A DNA stretch of 64,000 nt from Cystobasidiomycetes sp. EMM_F5 (lineage: Eukaryota). Below the pieces are notes generated by a model, which was not told where the DNA came from, ran no database searches, and saw only the letters and a program-made list of their open reading frames with translations. Positions 1-12,886 of this stretch are shown in pieces (position 1 is the first letter of the stretch; each line of letters begins with the position of its first letter). The position numbers and the translations under genes are program-made. The DNA is taken from contig JBPGPT010000018.1 of NCBI GenBank assembly GCA_051047955.1, positions 1 to 64,000 of the forward strand. Direction: 5' to 3'.

Positions 1-57
1 GAAGAAGAAGAAGAAGAAGAAGAAGAAGAAGAAGAAGAAGAAGAAGAAGAAGAAGAA
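1..57. repeat. (GAA)19 microsatellite, continuing as a purine-rich low-complexity tract to about 420
   Basis: Directly visible: gaa repeated from base 1, then A/G-dominated sequence. It lies in or after EFM4 intron 3 on the minus strand. Confidence 0.95.
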
Positions 58-420
58 GGAGAAGAAGATACAAAAAGGAAGAAGAAAGAAAACGGGAAAA
101 GAAAGAAATGGAAACGCAGTAGTGAAACGAAAAGAAAAGAAAACATGGGATGAAGAGAGATAAGAGTAGGGGAAAGGAAGAGGGAAGCGAGAAACAGAAA
201 AAGGTGGAATAAGAGATGTAGACATTAGGGACGGAAGAGAAGAGGGCAGAAACAAGGAATGGGAAGGTCAAGAGGGTTAAAGAACAAAGGGATTTGAGGA
301 GAAAGCGGGTCGCATGAGATCGAACTGATCGACGGAGAGCGAGACAGGATTCGGCGAAGAGGTGTGAGAGAATGTGAAGGATAGAACGGACGGAACAAGA
401 CAAAAATTGATAACACTCAC

Positions 421-1217
421 ACCTTTATCAGTAACCAGATCCCACCCGGCTCTCACCGTTGTCCTCAGCTCGCTTGCCTGCCCCTCATCTAGGAGATCGA
501 CGACTCTCCACTCTAGACCCTCCACCTCGTGCTGCTTGCAGATATCTTTGCATAGCTGTATGCTGCTTTCTGAATAGTCTATCCCTGTTATGCAGTGTGC
601 TGGATAGCCTGCCTCGAGGAAGAGGAGAGGAAGATGACCGTTGCCTGTACCGACTGTGTTGTGAGAGTTTGTGTAACGAGGGAAATAGGGTGGACAGAGG
701 GGAAGGGACAGAGAGAAGAGAAAGAGAGTGAGGAAAGTGAATGGAGACAGGAAGAGGGGAGGGAGCGAGGGAAGAGAAGAGAAGAGTTAGAAAGAAAGCA
801 AGAGAGAGAGAGAGAAAGAAAGAAAGAAAGAAAGAGTGAGTAAACACGCATCAGCAACCCATCCTCCCCCCTTCCAAACATGTCCCCACCATCCAATATC
901 CTAGGATTGCTACCTCCCTCTTCCCCATCGTCAACTGCCACCCCCCACCTGTCAATCGCCCACTCTACCATCTCCTCTGCGCTCTCCTCGCCAAACCACA
1001 CCTCTCCCTCGTCGCCGATATCGTTGAATGTCTGCACCTCCCGGGCGTACACCCTGTCCCAGCTGCGGCAGATCAATATCAGTAATGGGATTAGTAGTTA
1101 ATATCAGGATCAGCATTAGTACCAGCATCAGTATCAGTCATGTTTGTATTTGATATTGGATCACACCCACTAGTCTTTTGTGCCCAGCTGGGAGCTCGGG
1201 AGGTCGATGGTTGCCAT
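421..1217 (-). CDS. EFM4: Protein-lysine N-methyltransferase Efm4/See1 (eEF1A methyltransferase), 3' part missing from the window
   Basis: Spliced exons 1217-1171, 1062-890 and 653-421 give MATIDLPSSQLGTKDYWDRVYAREVQTFNDIGDEGEVWFGEESAEEMVEW...PRILDVGTGNGHL...ITGIDYSESSIQL...WDLVTDKG. This contains the Efm4 signature (LGTK.YW..Y..E...F...GDEGEVWFGE) plus SAM motif I. All junctions are GT-AG. The next exon is not found in 1-420. Confidence 0.9.
700..840. repeat. GA/GAAA microsatellite-rich tract inside EFM4 intron 2 (654-889)
   Basis: agagagagag and (aaag)n runs are directly visible. Confidence 0.85.
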
Positions 1218-1489
1218 ACTGGTTGGGAGAGGGACAACTGAGAATAATCCAGCCCAATGTATGCTCAGTCCAGAGTGCTCTGTACGGTCAATCGCACTGC
1301 CTTCAACGTCGACCACGCACTCGCTCACCGCTAAACGGCATCCGAAGATGTCCGATTCATGCAATTGAACTGAGATTGAACAGACAGCTGAATGGGACTG
1401 GGACTCAGTCATCTCCACAGACACGCTGACACTCTATACACGCTGACAATGTAGACGCTGAGACGCTGACACGCTGAGACTATCATACA

Positions 1490-4400
1490 ATGCCATCATT
1501 CGTAGATGCCAAGAACGACCGCACTCAGTCGTGGCATCCAGAGGGCCAGGTTGGGAGTGTCGCTGGCGATATGGCAGTCGACAACGACGACATACGCGCA
1601 CTCAGACTGGCAGTCAAGGAGGCATTGCAGCCGGGAGACAGGCTAGAGGGGAGGCTGCAAGAGGAGTATCGTAAGTGAGCCATTCACATCCAAACGACTC
1701 ACTATCCGACTCATAAGCTCGTGTCCGTCCATGCTACATCAGCACACTACCATCCACTCGCTCCAGATACCCCGGCTGTGCGCTCGCCAACCACGTCTGG
1801 CGACAATCGAGTGTCAGACACTCAGTCGGTAGGCAAGCTGGGTATGTCTGTGCTACTATCAATGACGAACGAAGCTGAGTCTGTTTCTCCTGCAACGACA
1901 GATAGACTGAAATGTCCATCGTTACCCAACTCGGCCCCTGCCGACGCTGCATCGACAAAGACAGCCATTGCACTTCGCCCAGTACCCGCAATGGACAACA
2001 CATTCGTCGCACCAGACGAACACCTCTCGCCCACTACGTCCACCCTCGATACGCTTACATCACCCGCGTCGGCAGGAACGACAGTGACAACGCTGGACGT
2101 CCCACTAGGTATGGAGGTCATGCACGCACCTGCTGCAGGAATGGACCGGCCTGTAACAGCCGATGCGCAAGCCTTACATACAGCAATTCCTGACCACCGT
2201 TTACCGCAAGCATCACACGTTGATGTCCCGCTCTTCACGCGCATACCACTCATGACGCCTCCCATTTCACCACCTTCGACAAAATCATCCAAGAGCAGTC
2301 ACAGATCCCGTCTAATTGAGCGGAAGAAGATTCCCGAAGCGACAGCAGAAGCAGAGCACATCGAGTTTTCTACGTACAAAGCCAACAAGGCAATCGAAGA
2401 CCGATTATCCAGCACCCGTCCAAAGTCGCACCTAGCGTCAGCTGCAATAGTCGCCGCACAAAAAACACTGGATCAAGCTACTTCTGCCGGTATACCGCTG
2501 CACGTCGCTGCTGCCGCTGCAGGCGGAAGCGTTGGAGATGTTCGAGTTGGCAAAGATAGAGAACCGGCAAAGGAAACGCTCGGATGGCGAGGTCTACGAT
2601 CCTCGGAACATTTCCTCGCCCCTTGCGATATGCCGTTACAGAGTCTGAGGAAGTACTTGGAGGATTTTACTCCGCCCTACCCTGGTGCTCAACCCGGTCA
2701 GCCGTACAGAGGCGTCGTTCGACCGAGAAGATATCACATTCAACGCAAGAGGATGATTGAAGAACTACGTCATGATATTCGGCAACTTTCATGGGAAAGA
2801 TCCACACTGTTGGGCAGATTCGGTCTACCTGCAAATGCACCAAACGAAGATATCGAGGATATAGAAGATGAGGATGCCTTTGTCCGAATTGGTGATATCG
2901 ATGCCGAGCTCGAAAAGCGACGAGCTCATCTCTTGAAATTGGAAGATGTCAAAGTCGATAATGCACCAGTGTCGCTGCACGTTCCAAAGAACAAGTCGGC
3001 CTACCCAAAACACGAAACGGACGACAGGCTGTGGGAGGAATTGGCAAACATACCACCTACACTCCGGAGATGGTCGGCTCATGGTCATCCGTACGACCTG
3101 GACAGGCATGCAGTCTCGCCTGCAGTGAGCGAATGCAGTGAGGCACCAACACTCAGTCCTAGAAGTAGCATATCCAACTTGTCATTGGCTTCTGGAGCTT
3201 CTTCGACAATTCGAAGCAGAGTGTCACAAGCAAGGAGCGAGAGGACGAGTAGAAGTATCATGCAAACGCTGAACGAAGCGGCTTCACCGTCTGATGATGC
3301 ATTTGACAAATCAATACAATCGCAGTCGAGACCGCCCAGCCCTTCTGATAAGTCGTCTGCACCAGACCAGGTATATCACAGACAACATCGAAGCCAAAGT
3401 CAGAACGATATCAAGACACTCTCTGCTGAAGAGAAGAAATCAAGGCATTCCTCCCTTAATAGTACTCGAAGCTTGACGAGCAGTACAGTCTCGTACGATA
3501 TAACTCCATCAAAATCTCTTCAATCGCAATCCATCGATGCCACGAACTCGCAAGCTGTGCACAAGAACTCAGAACAGGAATGCAAAGGGGGTGCCGCGCA
3601 GGCGCCGGCCTCACCTCCCTCAAAGCATCGCAAGACACCATCACACCTGAAGCCTCCGACATCAGGAAGGATACGGTTTGCGGCACTCGAAGCGAGTAAG
3701 CACGCGGAGGAAGCGTGGCAGAAACTCAGTCCTGCTGGCGAGTTGGAGCGGGCGCTGGAAGGTCGCATACAGCGGATCGCTGATGCTCCTATCCCTTCTT
3801 CACCTACGCGAAGTTCGGCTGTGTCTACAGATGGACAAGCAAAGGGAAAAGACAGGTCCGGTGATACGTCTTCAGCGCCCTCTACATCCCAAATTCCTCT
3901 CTCACTTGACAAGAATGATTCAACTTGCCGTGATCAAGCAAGCCAAAGCAGCCCGCCGATTGCAGACCGGCATACTACTCATAGTGGCAGCAAGCGTACA
4001 TCATCCAGGCGTGACAAGAAGCCGACACCTACGCCTGAGAAGATTGCTGAGCGAGCAAAAAAGGACGCTATCAATAGCCAGCGATGGCAGACAAAGCAAC
4101 AATACCGTAATGCGAAGCAGCTCTTCGGGACGAGGCGAGATTTGCTGACACAAAGGTTGCCGCAAACGAAGAATGAAGATGCCAAAGGCGAGATACTGTG
4201 GACCTTGGCAGAGCTGTACATTGAGTATACCGATCTTCTTGGGCCAGACTGTGGCGTGCAAGCCGTCAAAATCATGCAGGATACGCTACAAGATTACAAG
4301 AATGTAGGAACGAATCCGGAAAGATGGTTGCAGCTGGCGCAAATGCACTTCTTGCTTGATACGATGACACCGCCAGCCGATAAACACCTTCATATGGGCC

Positions 4401-6122
4401 TGGAGACTGTACAGAATGTCTGTCAGCACGCGGGTGACCAGAGCGAGCTTGCAGGAACGGCTTATGTTTCAGCAGCCAGAGCTATCGAAGGTGAGTGCAA
4501 GCAATGCATTCCTTTATGGGCTGTTTATAAATTCATTCATTGCGCAGACGCGGATCATCTGCCGTCAGGGAAGTACGAGTACGCCAGCGGGTACTGGGCT
4601 CGTTCAACCAAGTGTCCGTGTCCAGACAAGTTGTATGAGCGGTACGTGCGTCTAGCACAATGCTGCGACCAAGTCGTGCGAGAGAAGAAGGAGAAAGACT
4701 TACGAACAAACACCTCGGTTTGGTAAGCTGCACAGCCTGCACAGTATACTCCAGAACTGACATGTGCTTACTACCAGGCGACAGAAGTGCCTCAGAGCAA
4801 TGCGAACGGCCTGTTTACAAAATCCTACAGATCAGTACAAGGCGAAACTCGAATACTTTAGACAACGGGCTGCGGAGGAAGGTGTAGATCGCGCACCCAT
4901 GGAGCCAAAGACCTCGCCATCTGCACCACTGCTTGTGCGCAACCAGCTTGGACACGGGGAAGACGACTCGTCAAGTAGGAACAGTGAACCGGATTCAGGC
5001 GAAGAGACGGAACGACCACCGCTCGAGCAGCTACTGACTGGCGCGTCTCCACCGGCCGTTGTGGATGCGCGAAGCCCGGCGATGAGAGCCGCCATGGAAT
5101 TTGGCAGCATCGCAGGGGATTTTGACAATGTCGTATCCCCCCGGCCGGAAGTGCCCGACCAGTTCTTGGAGATCGATGCCTCCTCGCAAGGAAAGGAAGC
5201 TGATATCGGCGAGCAAATGGATGATGAGGGTGACACGAGTGGGCGGGAATGTGCAGACGTCAGCAGTGTTCAGACGGAGCCTGCTGGTTCTCCTTCGCGC
5301 ATTCCGACACCGAGAAGCGCTATGCAGACACGAGTGGAAGCGGTCGATACAGTCAACTCCCCGCTGTTCACACCGCGTGAAGTGACCTCTCCAAGGCTGT
5401 CATCAAGCGGTTCAGCACAATTGTCACCAAGGCATGCACCGCTGTTTAGGACGTCACTAAGAGAGGTCCCCACCACGCCGGCTGCACAGCTTGAGGTTCC
5501 GCAAGCTTCAAGTTCTCGAAGTTCTGCGGCGCAGAGGTCGCCTCCAGCTGGGGTCAGCATAACACCCGCACAAGACAGGAGGGATATCGTTCCACCCAGT
5601 CGCGCCCCACTTTCTGCTGCTTCTGAAGGCACAACTTTAGCAAATCGACCAGAGCCGATCGACATGGCAGCGCCAATGCGAGAGCTCGTCTTTGCACAGT
5701 ATCGCATGTGGCAGTCACTGACCACTATGCGCGAAGCCATCGAACGAGACATGATGCATTTGACAGCGCGTGTGAATATCTTACAGGTCGAGCAAGACGC
5801 CACTGCGCTGGAGAACGACGCGCAGGCTCTTCGTGTTCAGCAAGTCCATGAAAATTTCCGTCGGCACGCACAATGGCTTGAGACCCGAGATCACGCTGCC
5901 CTGAATGGTAGACGTCACTGGGCGGCACCAGCTCGTCCACATCAGGAGGTAAATATTGGCACGGATGATCTTCCACGACCGCGGCCAGAAGACCGTATGC
6001 AGCAGGAACCTCATGTCGCCACTAATTCTGGTAGTGGTGAGATGCTGACATTCAACGATGCAATGGGCTCAGCCCGCCGGGCTCTAGAAAGAGCTTCGGT
6101 GATGGCGTGGAGCCCCAGGTAG
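1490..6122 (+). CDS. Large (~1500 aa) hypothetical protein, mostly Ser/Pro-rich, with a Cys-rich helical-repeat-like region at about 4100-4870
   Basis: ORFs 1490-1678, 1721-4726 and 4764-6122 join in frame through introns 1671-1742 (GTAAGT..CAG) and 4723-4777 (GTAAGC..CAG). No family recognised. Confidence 0.7.
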
Positions 6123-6300
6123 ACTGGACAAGTCCGTTCATGTCACATTACATGGCCAGCCTAGCAGTGGTTTAATGTGTAGAAATATGCCGTCCTCAGC
6201 TTTTGTGCCCCGCAAAGCATGTAATTCTGACATGTCGTTGACTCTGGATCTCAAGGTCTGCGTTGCATTTCGCCAGCCCGTCAACGTATTCTGACGAAGT

Positions 6301-7429
<1,129 letters not shown>

Positions 7430-7558
7430 TTGTCAACATTCCATTCCAACAACATTATCGCGAAAAGTATTACTGTTGGCCTGATAAATGCCCCTGCACC
7501 CGAAGGTGTGCGATATTTCCCAAGAGCATAGACGGTAACTTCGAAAACTCATATTGAT

Positions 7559-10500
7559 CTATTTTTTGTTTTTGACTAGGTGGTACCACCACAGGTCAGG
7601 CTCGTTATCTCGCAGCCTGGCTTTCTTGATGTTAACTGCCTTATCTGAAGTAGACCAGCGTCAGTCACGGGCGGAAGAGCATGTGTGGCGCCTACCTTTC
7701 AGTTGCACCCCATTCTTCCCTTTCAAATCTTGGCTTTCCGTCCCCTTCTCCCCATGCAGTAATAGAATGCTCTTCCACAATTGAAGTGTTTTGGAATGTC
7801 GCATATTCTCCAGAGCCTCCAGGAAAGTCGCAGTCTCTACAGCAGTCCACAGTGTACGCTTCGCCTTCCCCTCCCCTTTAACTGCGTACGGGTTCGCAGG
7901 CTGTTCTTTCGGTCCACCTTCTTTCCTTGGCCTGCCTCGCTTCTTTCGCTGTTGTAGTGCTGGATGCTCAACCCAATCATCTTCATCAAAGTCTGCCAGC
8001 TCATCCTCGTCGGAAGCGACATATGCGTCACGCTCAACACTGTCTCTAGTCCTAGGACGGGCGGCTGCTACCTCCGGCTCATCATGCTCGATGTATGGAG
8101 CTCGCTGTTTTCCTTTGTCCTTCCGTCGGCGCCTTGTCTCTTGTTCGTCATTGTTTTCAGCCTCCTTATCGACACGAGCTGCCGGAGCCTTGCGACCAGC
8201 ACCCTGTGCGCGTTTCTTGACAAGATCTGACACGTCAGGAAGATCATCATCGTCGTCGTCGCTTCCTATCTCTATACGTGCCCGTTTCCGCGAGTCTCCA
8301 ACACGCACACCACGTTCTGCTTCCTTGCGCCTGGCAGCCGGAAGTGCCGAAGTGATAGTCTTTTGCCGTTTTGCGACATCTTCTGGATCTAAAGGTAGTA
8401 CATTATGAGACCGTCCTCGTACCGCAGGTTGTGATGGCCCGGCTATAGGCGCAACATGTCTCAAAGTTCCGTCCACGTTACGGTCCGCATTATGGGTGTC
8501 ATCATTCTCATCGGCATCAGATGGCAATGCGTCCAAGAAGTCGTTTCTTTGCAGCATTCGCTTCTTGGGCAGTTTGTATTGCGCAGTCGCCTTTTCGTAA
8601 GACCTCGATGGTCCAGCCTCACTTGTATGCTCCTGATGTCCTGCTTCGTCCGCTGCTGCATGTCTTGAGCCAGCACTTTCCTGTCTCGCTCTGCCGCTGC
8701 GATGCTGATCCAATCTTGTGGTGAGGTCATCCTCCTCGTCTACGTTTGGACCAGGACTGCTTTGTAACACGATAGATGATGACATTCTCTTGCGGGGCTG
8801 ACGCTTTATAGAGGGCACAGAGCCGAGGACCGGAAAAGCAGCAGATGATGGCGGTTCTGCTTTGGCCCGTTGTGCCCTTGCGTCTTTCGCAGAATGGGGA
8901 GTGAGACCGGTGGTGTCTGACCCGAGCTGAGAGATTCCAGGGGAGCTCATCGTGATACGTACTGCGTCTGTCTGCTTATCGAGTAAGCTATTCCCAACAC
9001 CATTTCAGCATAGACAATAGAAGAAGTAATGAAATAACTAACGTGGTGCGTATTTTGGAGGCGGCATCCCTGCGCACCAAGGCGTTATTGGCATCGAACG
9101 CGAGGACCTGTTGCGGTTTGGGTGTGGGCGGCTCCGCATCAACTTCGGCCTCGCTGTCACTCATTTCCTCGTACACGACTACGCTCGCATCGGCACGCTC
9201 TTGCACAGCTTGACCGATCCGGTTGCCAACCTGGCGAACGAGCTGATCTTGCGTGTCCGACTCGGATTCTTCCAGCAAATTGCCGACATTCGCTTCGGCA
9301 CCGTGAAATCCTTCATTCGCATACGCGGCATCGTCCATGCCGTCCCCTCCTGCATCGTAGTAGTCGAACGCAAGTAACGCATCTTCGATCGCACCTGGCT
9401 GCGTTTGGGATTGTGTAAACACGTCTGCTAGTTCGGCTTCTGTGTGAATGTCCTCAGACTCTGAACGAATGGGATCATCGTCGTTACTAGCCGCGACTTC
9501 ATAGTTGCGTAGAGCAGCTTCGACATCAGCGCCCGGATCTTCAGAAAATACCTCTTCCGGGACATTAGCTTCGAAAGTCGCCTCAAATTCGCTGTCCGAG
9601 TCCCCGTGCTGTACGGGCTGTGTGCCAGGTGGGTACTGAAGAAGGGCTGCTTCCATGTCCATAGTCTCATACTGTGTAGCAGGCTCATCTTGCACTTCGG
9701 ATTCAGAATCTGAATGTAGCTGTTCTGATGGCGTAGCTTTCGTTGGCTGAGCTAGTAATGCCTTTTCAATGTCCTCTTCACTACTTGTATCGTCCTCTGC
9801 GACTTGCGCTTGCCATCGCGATGGAGGCATTTCAGCATGCGGCGTGACGTGCGTAAATCGTAGCGGAACTGAAAGTCTACGTTTTTCGATAGGTGCAGGC
9901 GATGAGGCGGCTCTTATGCGATTGAGCGATTCGAGAGCACGTCGTTTGATGGCAGGTGAAGAAACGACGTCACTTTGTGCGTAAGTTTTCACTTCGCTCA
10001 GCCTTTTGCGAGCGGAAACCAGTTGAAAGGAGCGATTGATTTCCTCTTGATTTGTGTCAGACTCGGATGATTCGACACTGACTGGAGTTGGCATGTGCGA
10101 AATGGAAGGTCGCCGCGCAGGCGGTTGATACTTCTTCTCGGCAGCCTTATCAGCAAAATGACCCTCGTACCGGAATGGAAGTGGATTGTGGGTCGGTTCT
10201 TGTGCCGCCTTGGACAAGCGTCTCGATTGACTGGACACTTCCACTACCTGAACGGTGCTACTAGCATCACTCTCGTCTTGAGATTGAGCGCTGTCATCGT
10301 GTCGCGACACGGGTGCGGGGAGGCTATATCGTGATGACTGCGTCTTTCTCACTCCACGGCTGACAGAGGTGGGTCTTTTGAATCGTTGGGTAGCTCTTGC
10401 TGTGCGATCTGCGTCAGAATCTTCTTCCTGTCCTTCATTTTCGACGATTGTAACGTTATTCATAGGTTTGTGACGAGGAGCGGTTGATGGGCCAGCAGCA

Positions 10501-10733
10501 CGGGAAGAGCGTCGTGGAGTGCTAGACGTGACAGTCACTTGATGAGATGAGATGCGCTGGTTAGATGTCGACGTGATTATCGGCGCTGAATATCGCGGCT
10601 GCTTTCTCGCTTTGTTTACGGCGACTGGAGCAGCCACTTCACTTCGCAATTCGTCGCCAGCATCAGACTCGCTGGCATCAGATACAGACGACGCGGATGT
10701 GCTCTGCGACCGCAGTCCTCGTCGCCCAGCCAT
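7559..10733 (-). CDS. Low-complexity protein with a C-terminal telobox-type (TRF/Tbf1-like) Myb domain
   Basis: ORFs 8988-10733 and 7661-8950 join via intron 8988-9042. The last intron joins KRTLWTAVETATFLEALE...WKSILLLHG..G...LKGKNGVQLK to DKAVNIKKARLR, giving the QLKDKA.N telobox motif. An AT-hook-like RGRPRK is also present. Confidence 0.8.
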
Positions 10734-11217
10734 GTATGGTGTTGTATGACCGCGTTCTCCCTGGAACCTGGCGTAAAGAGCGGACGATGATGAGTTGCAG
10801 CTTGGGCTGAGCAGTGATATTCAAGCTTTGTTGCCCTGCGCAGCCAGCGCTGAGTTGGGACGCCGTCAATCTGTTTGATGCGAGCGAAAGGAAGCAAAAA
10901 GTTGACGACGTAAAACCAGTCGCGTCCAATAAATCGCAATATTCAAATTTTGATTATCCCGCTTGCCTGGCATTGCATTTCGTCTCTATCTGATGGTATG
11001 ACAAAACTCTCGTCTTCCCCTACGACTCCTCCACTACGAACCTGCCGACTCAGCACTGCCGATTGCCCCGTCTCCGCACAGAACCATCTCACTGCTCCCA
11101 CTTCAATGTTTGCAACTCCATCTTGTCCTTCGTGCACGTCTTATTTTCCCAGTCGTCACTCCTTCTCTACTTTGCGCTTCCTCTGACCCACCTCTTGAGT
11201 TGCCTTCCCGTCACCGC

Positions 11218-12559
11218 TCAAAACAGCGAGCCGATCCTGCAGGCACCGTGCTGGCAGAGCGAGTTGGGCACGACCTTGCTCGTGGGAAGGTACGTATCAT
11301 GAGTCGACCATTTGGGAGTCGGTCCACCGATAAGCACTATGAATCCGCAGGATAAGCACGACCTTTACGCTTGTAAGGTGTGTAGCTAAACTTACAAGGC
11401 GGCGATCCAGTGATATCGATAAACTTTGGCATCTTGTGTCCCGTAATGTACTCTACCTCCGCTGCACCAAGTGCTGGTGTGTCGTTTGTAATGCTTGGCT
11501 GAATCTTTCGCTTGACGACATCGGCATCCCCGTCTGCAAACGAGACAACAGCGCCCGTACATCCCAACAGCATGTCTGTCGTTCGAGCACCGCAATCCTC
11601 CCTGTTCTGACCGAGCGTGATGAGTGGGTCTTCGACACGCTGCCCGTGGATAGACACGGCCGTGGCGATACTGCCGTTGCTCGTGCGACTGAAATGCGAC
11701 ATGGTACTGCCAGGTGACGAGTTGCCGTTTCTCGAAGCCATCTCGCGTTGCGATGGACGGAGTGGATCGCGTGTAAAGCTGTGGATGCGTGTGTACAGCC
11801 AGTGTGACGTTTCATGAGCTGTAATAAGTAAGAAGGGACAGCATAATCGTATTCGTAGAAACATGAGTCCAGCAAATAGAGATACAGGCTACCACTTGAC
11901 TGTCTACTTACCGAGCAACAGCACGAAATACCAAGCGAGCCTCGCTGCCTGCTCTTTGTCCTCCTTCAGGCACCTCTGATACTCATTGTGCAGAGTAAAG
12001 GAGGCAAAGATGACTTCTACAAAATTGCTTGGTTTTGCCGAGTCGAGAGATAGATGACCGAGAGTATTGATTGAGCTTGGTGTGCTGGGCGTCGGGACAT
12101 CATCGTGACCGAGGACGTTGTCTGGTCTGAATGCGCCTTGGACGAGCACGACTGACGGGCGCGTCTCTTTCTGGAAAGCGATGCGGATCTGATTGTCGAG
12201 ATCAGCCGGACATTCTGCAGTGTTCAAGGGGTGGTCGAGCGCAGAATGTGCAAAACATTTTCGTGCAGCGCGACCCTGTGCAGAGTCTGACGAGAGGAGG
12301 GTGAAGAAGCGGTCTGCGACAACAGCGAGGGGTGTTTTGAGAGTGCCTAGGATGTCAGTGCGCAGTCAGTATGGAGTGGAGCATGCTTGCGCAACATTGT
12401 AAATTTCTGCGAAACACTCGGCAGCGGCCAAGCGTGGCGGTCAACAATGACAGTTAAATGCTTAAACTCACGGAAATGGATGCAGTCTCTGGTAACGGAG
12501 AAGGATGTCGCTGTAACCTGGCCGTTTGTCGAGGCTGACCCGTTCGGATGTCCAGCCAT
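11218..12559 (-). CDS. Hypothetical ~355 aa protein with an HExxH (zincin-like) motif
   Basis: Four exons (12559-12472, 12346-11912, 11818-11396, 11336-11218) are joined by canonical GT-AG introns into one open frame containing YFVLLLAHETSHWLY. Confidence 0.7.
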
Positions 12560-12886
12560 GACTACAATAGATGTTTCAAATGAAATGACGCTGAGCCGGC
12601 TGAGGACCAGATGTGAGCACGTCGGAACATTCAAAGCAACTGAACCCAATACGGTACCCACCAGGACCTCGACGTCGTTTCAGTTGGTCTTGTCCAGCCT
12701 GCGACCGCTCTTGACCGCCAGTTCACACCAAGTCCGTCAACGGGCACCGAAGCGGGTGTCGGTGTCAGTGTGTCGATAGGTATTGTATCAGAATTGCCAG
12801 ATTGATTACAAGCCAACTCTTCATTAGCAGCACATAATCAAAGCAGTCTCTCGATTATAAACTCCCTCTGCTTGCTGTCGCAGACC

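Noticed and set aside
277..330. Possible EFM4 last exon FDLMRPAF after CAG
   Set aside because: It lacks the expected T[FY]DAI-type continuation and stops after 15 codons
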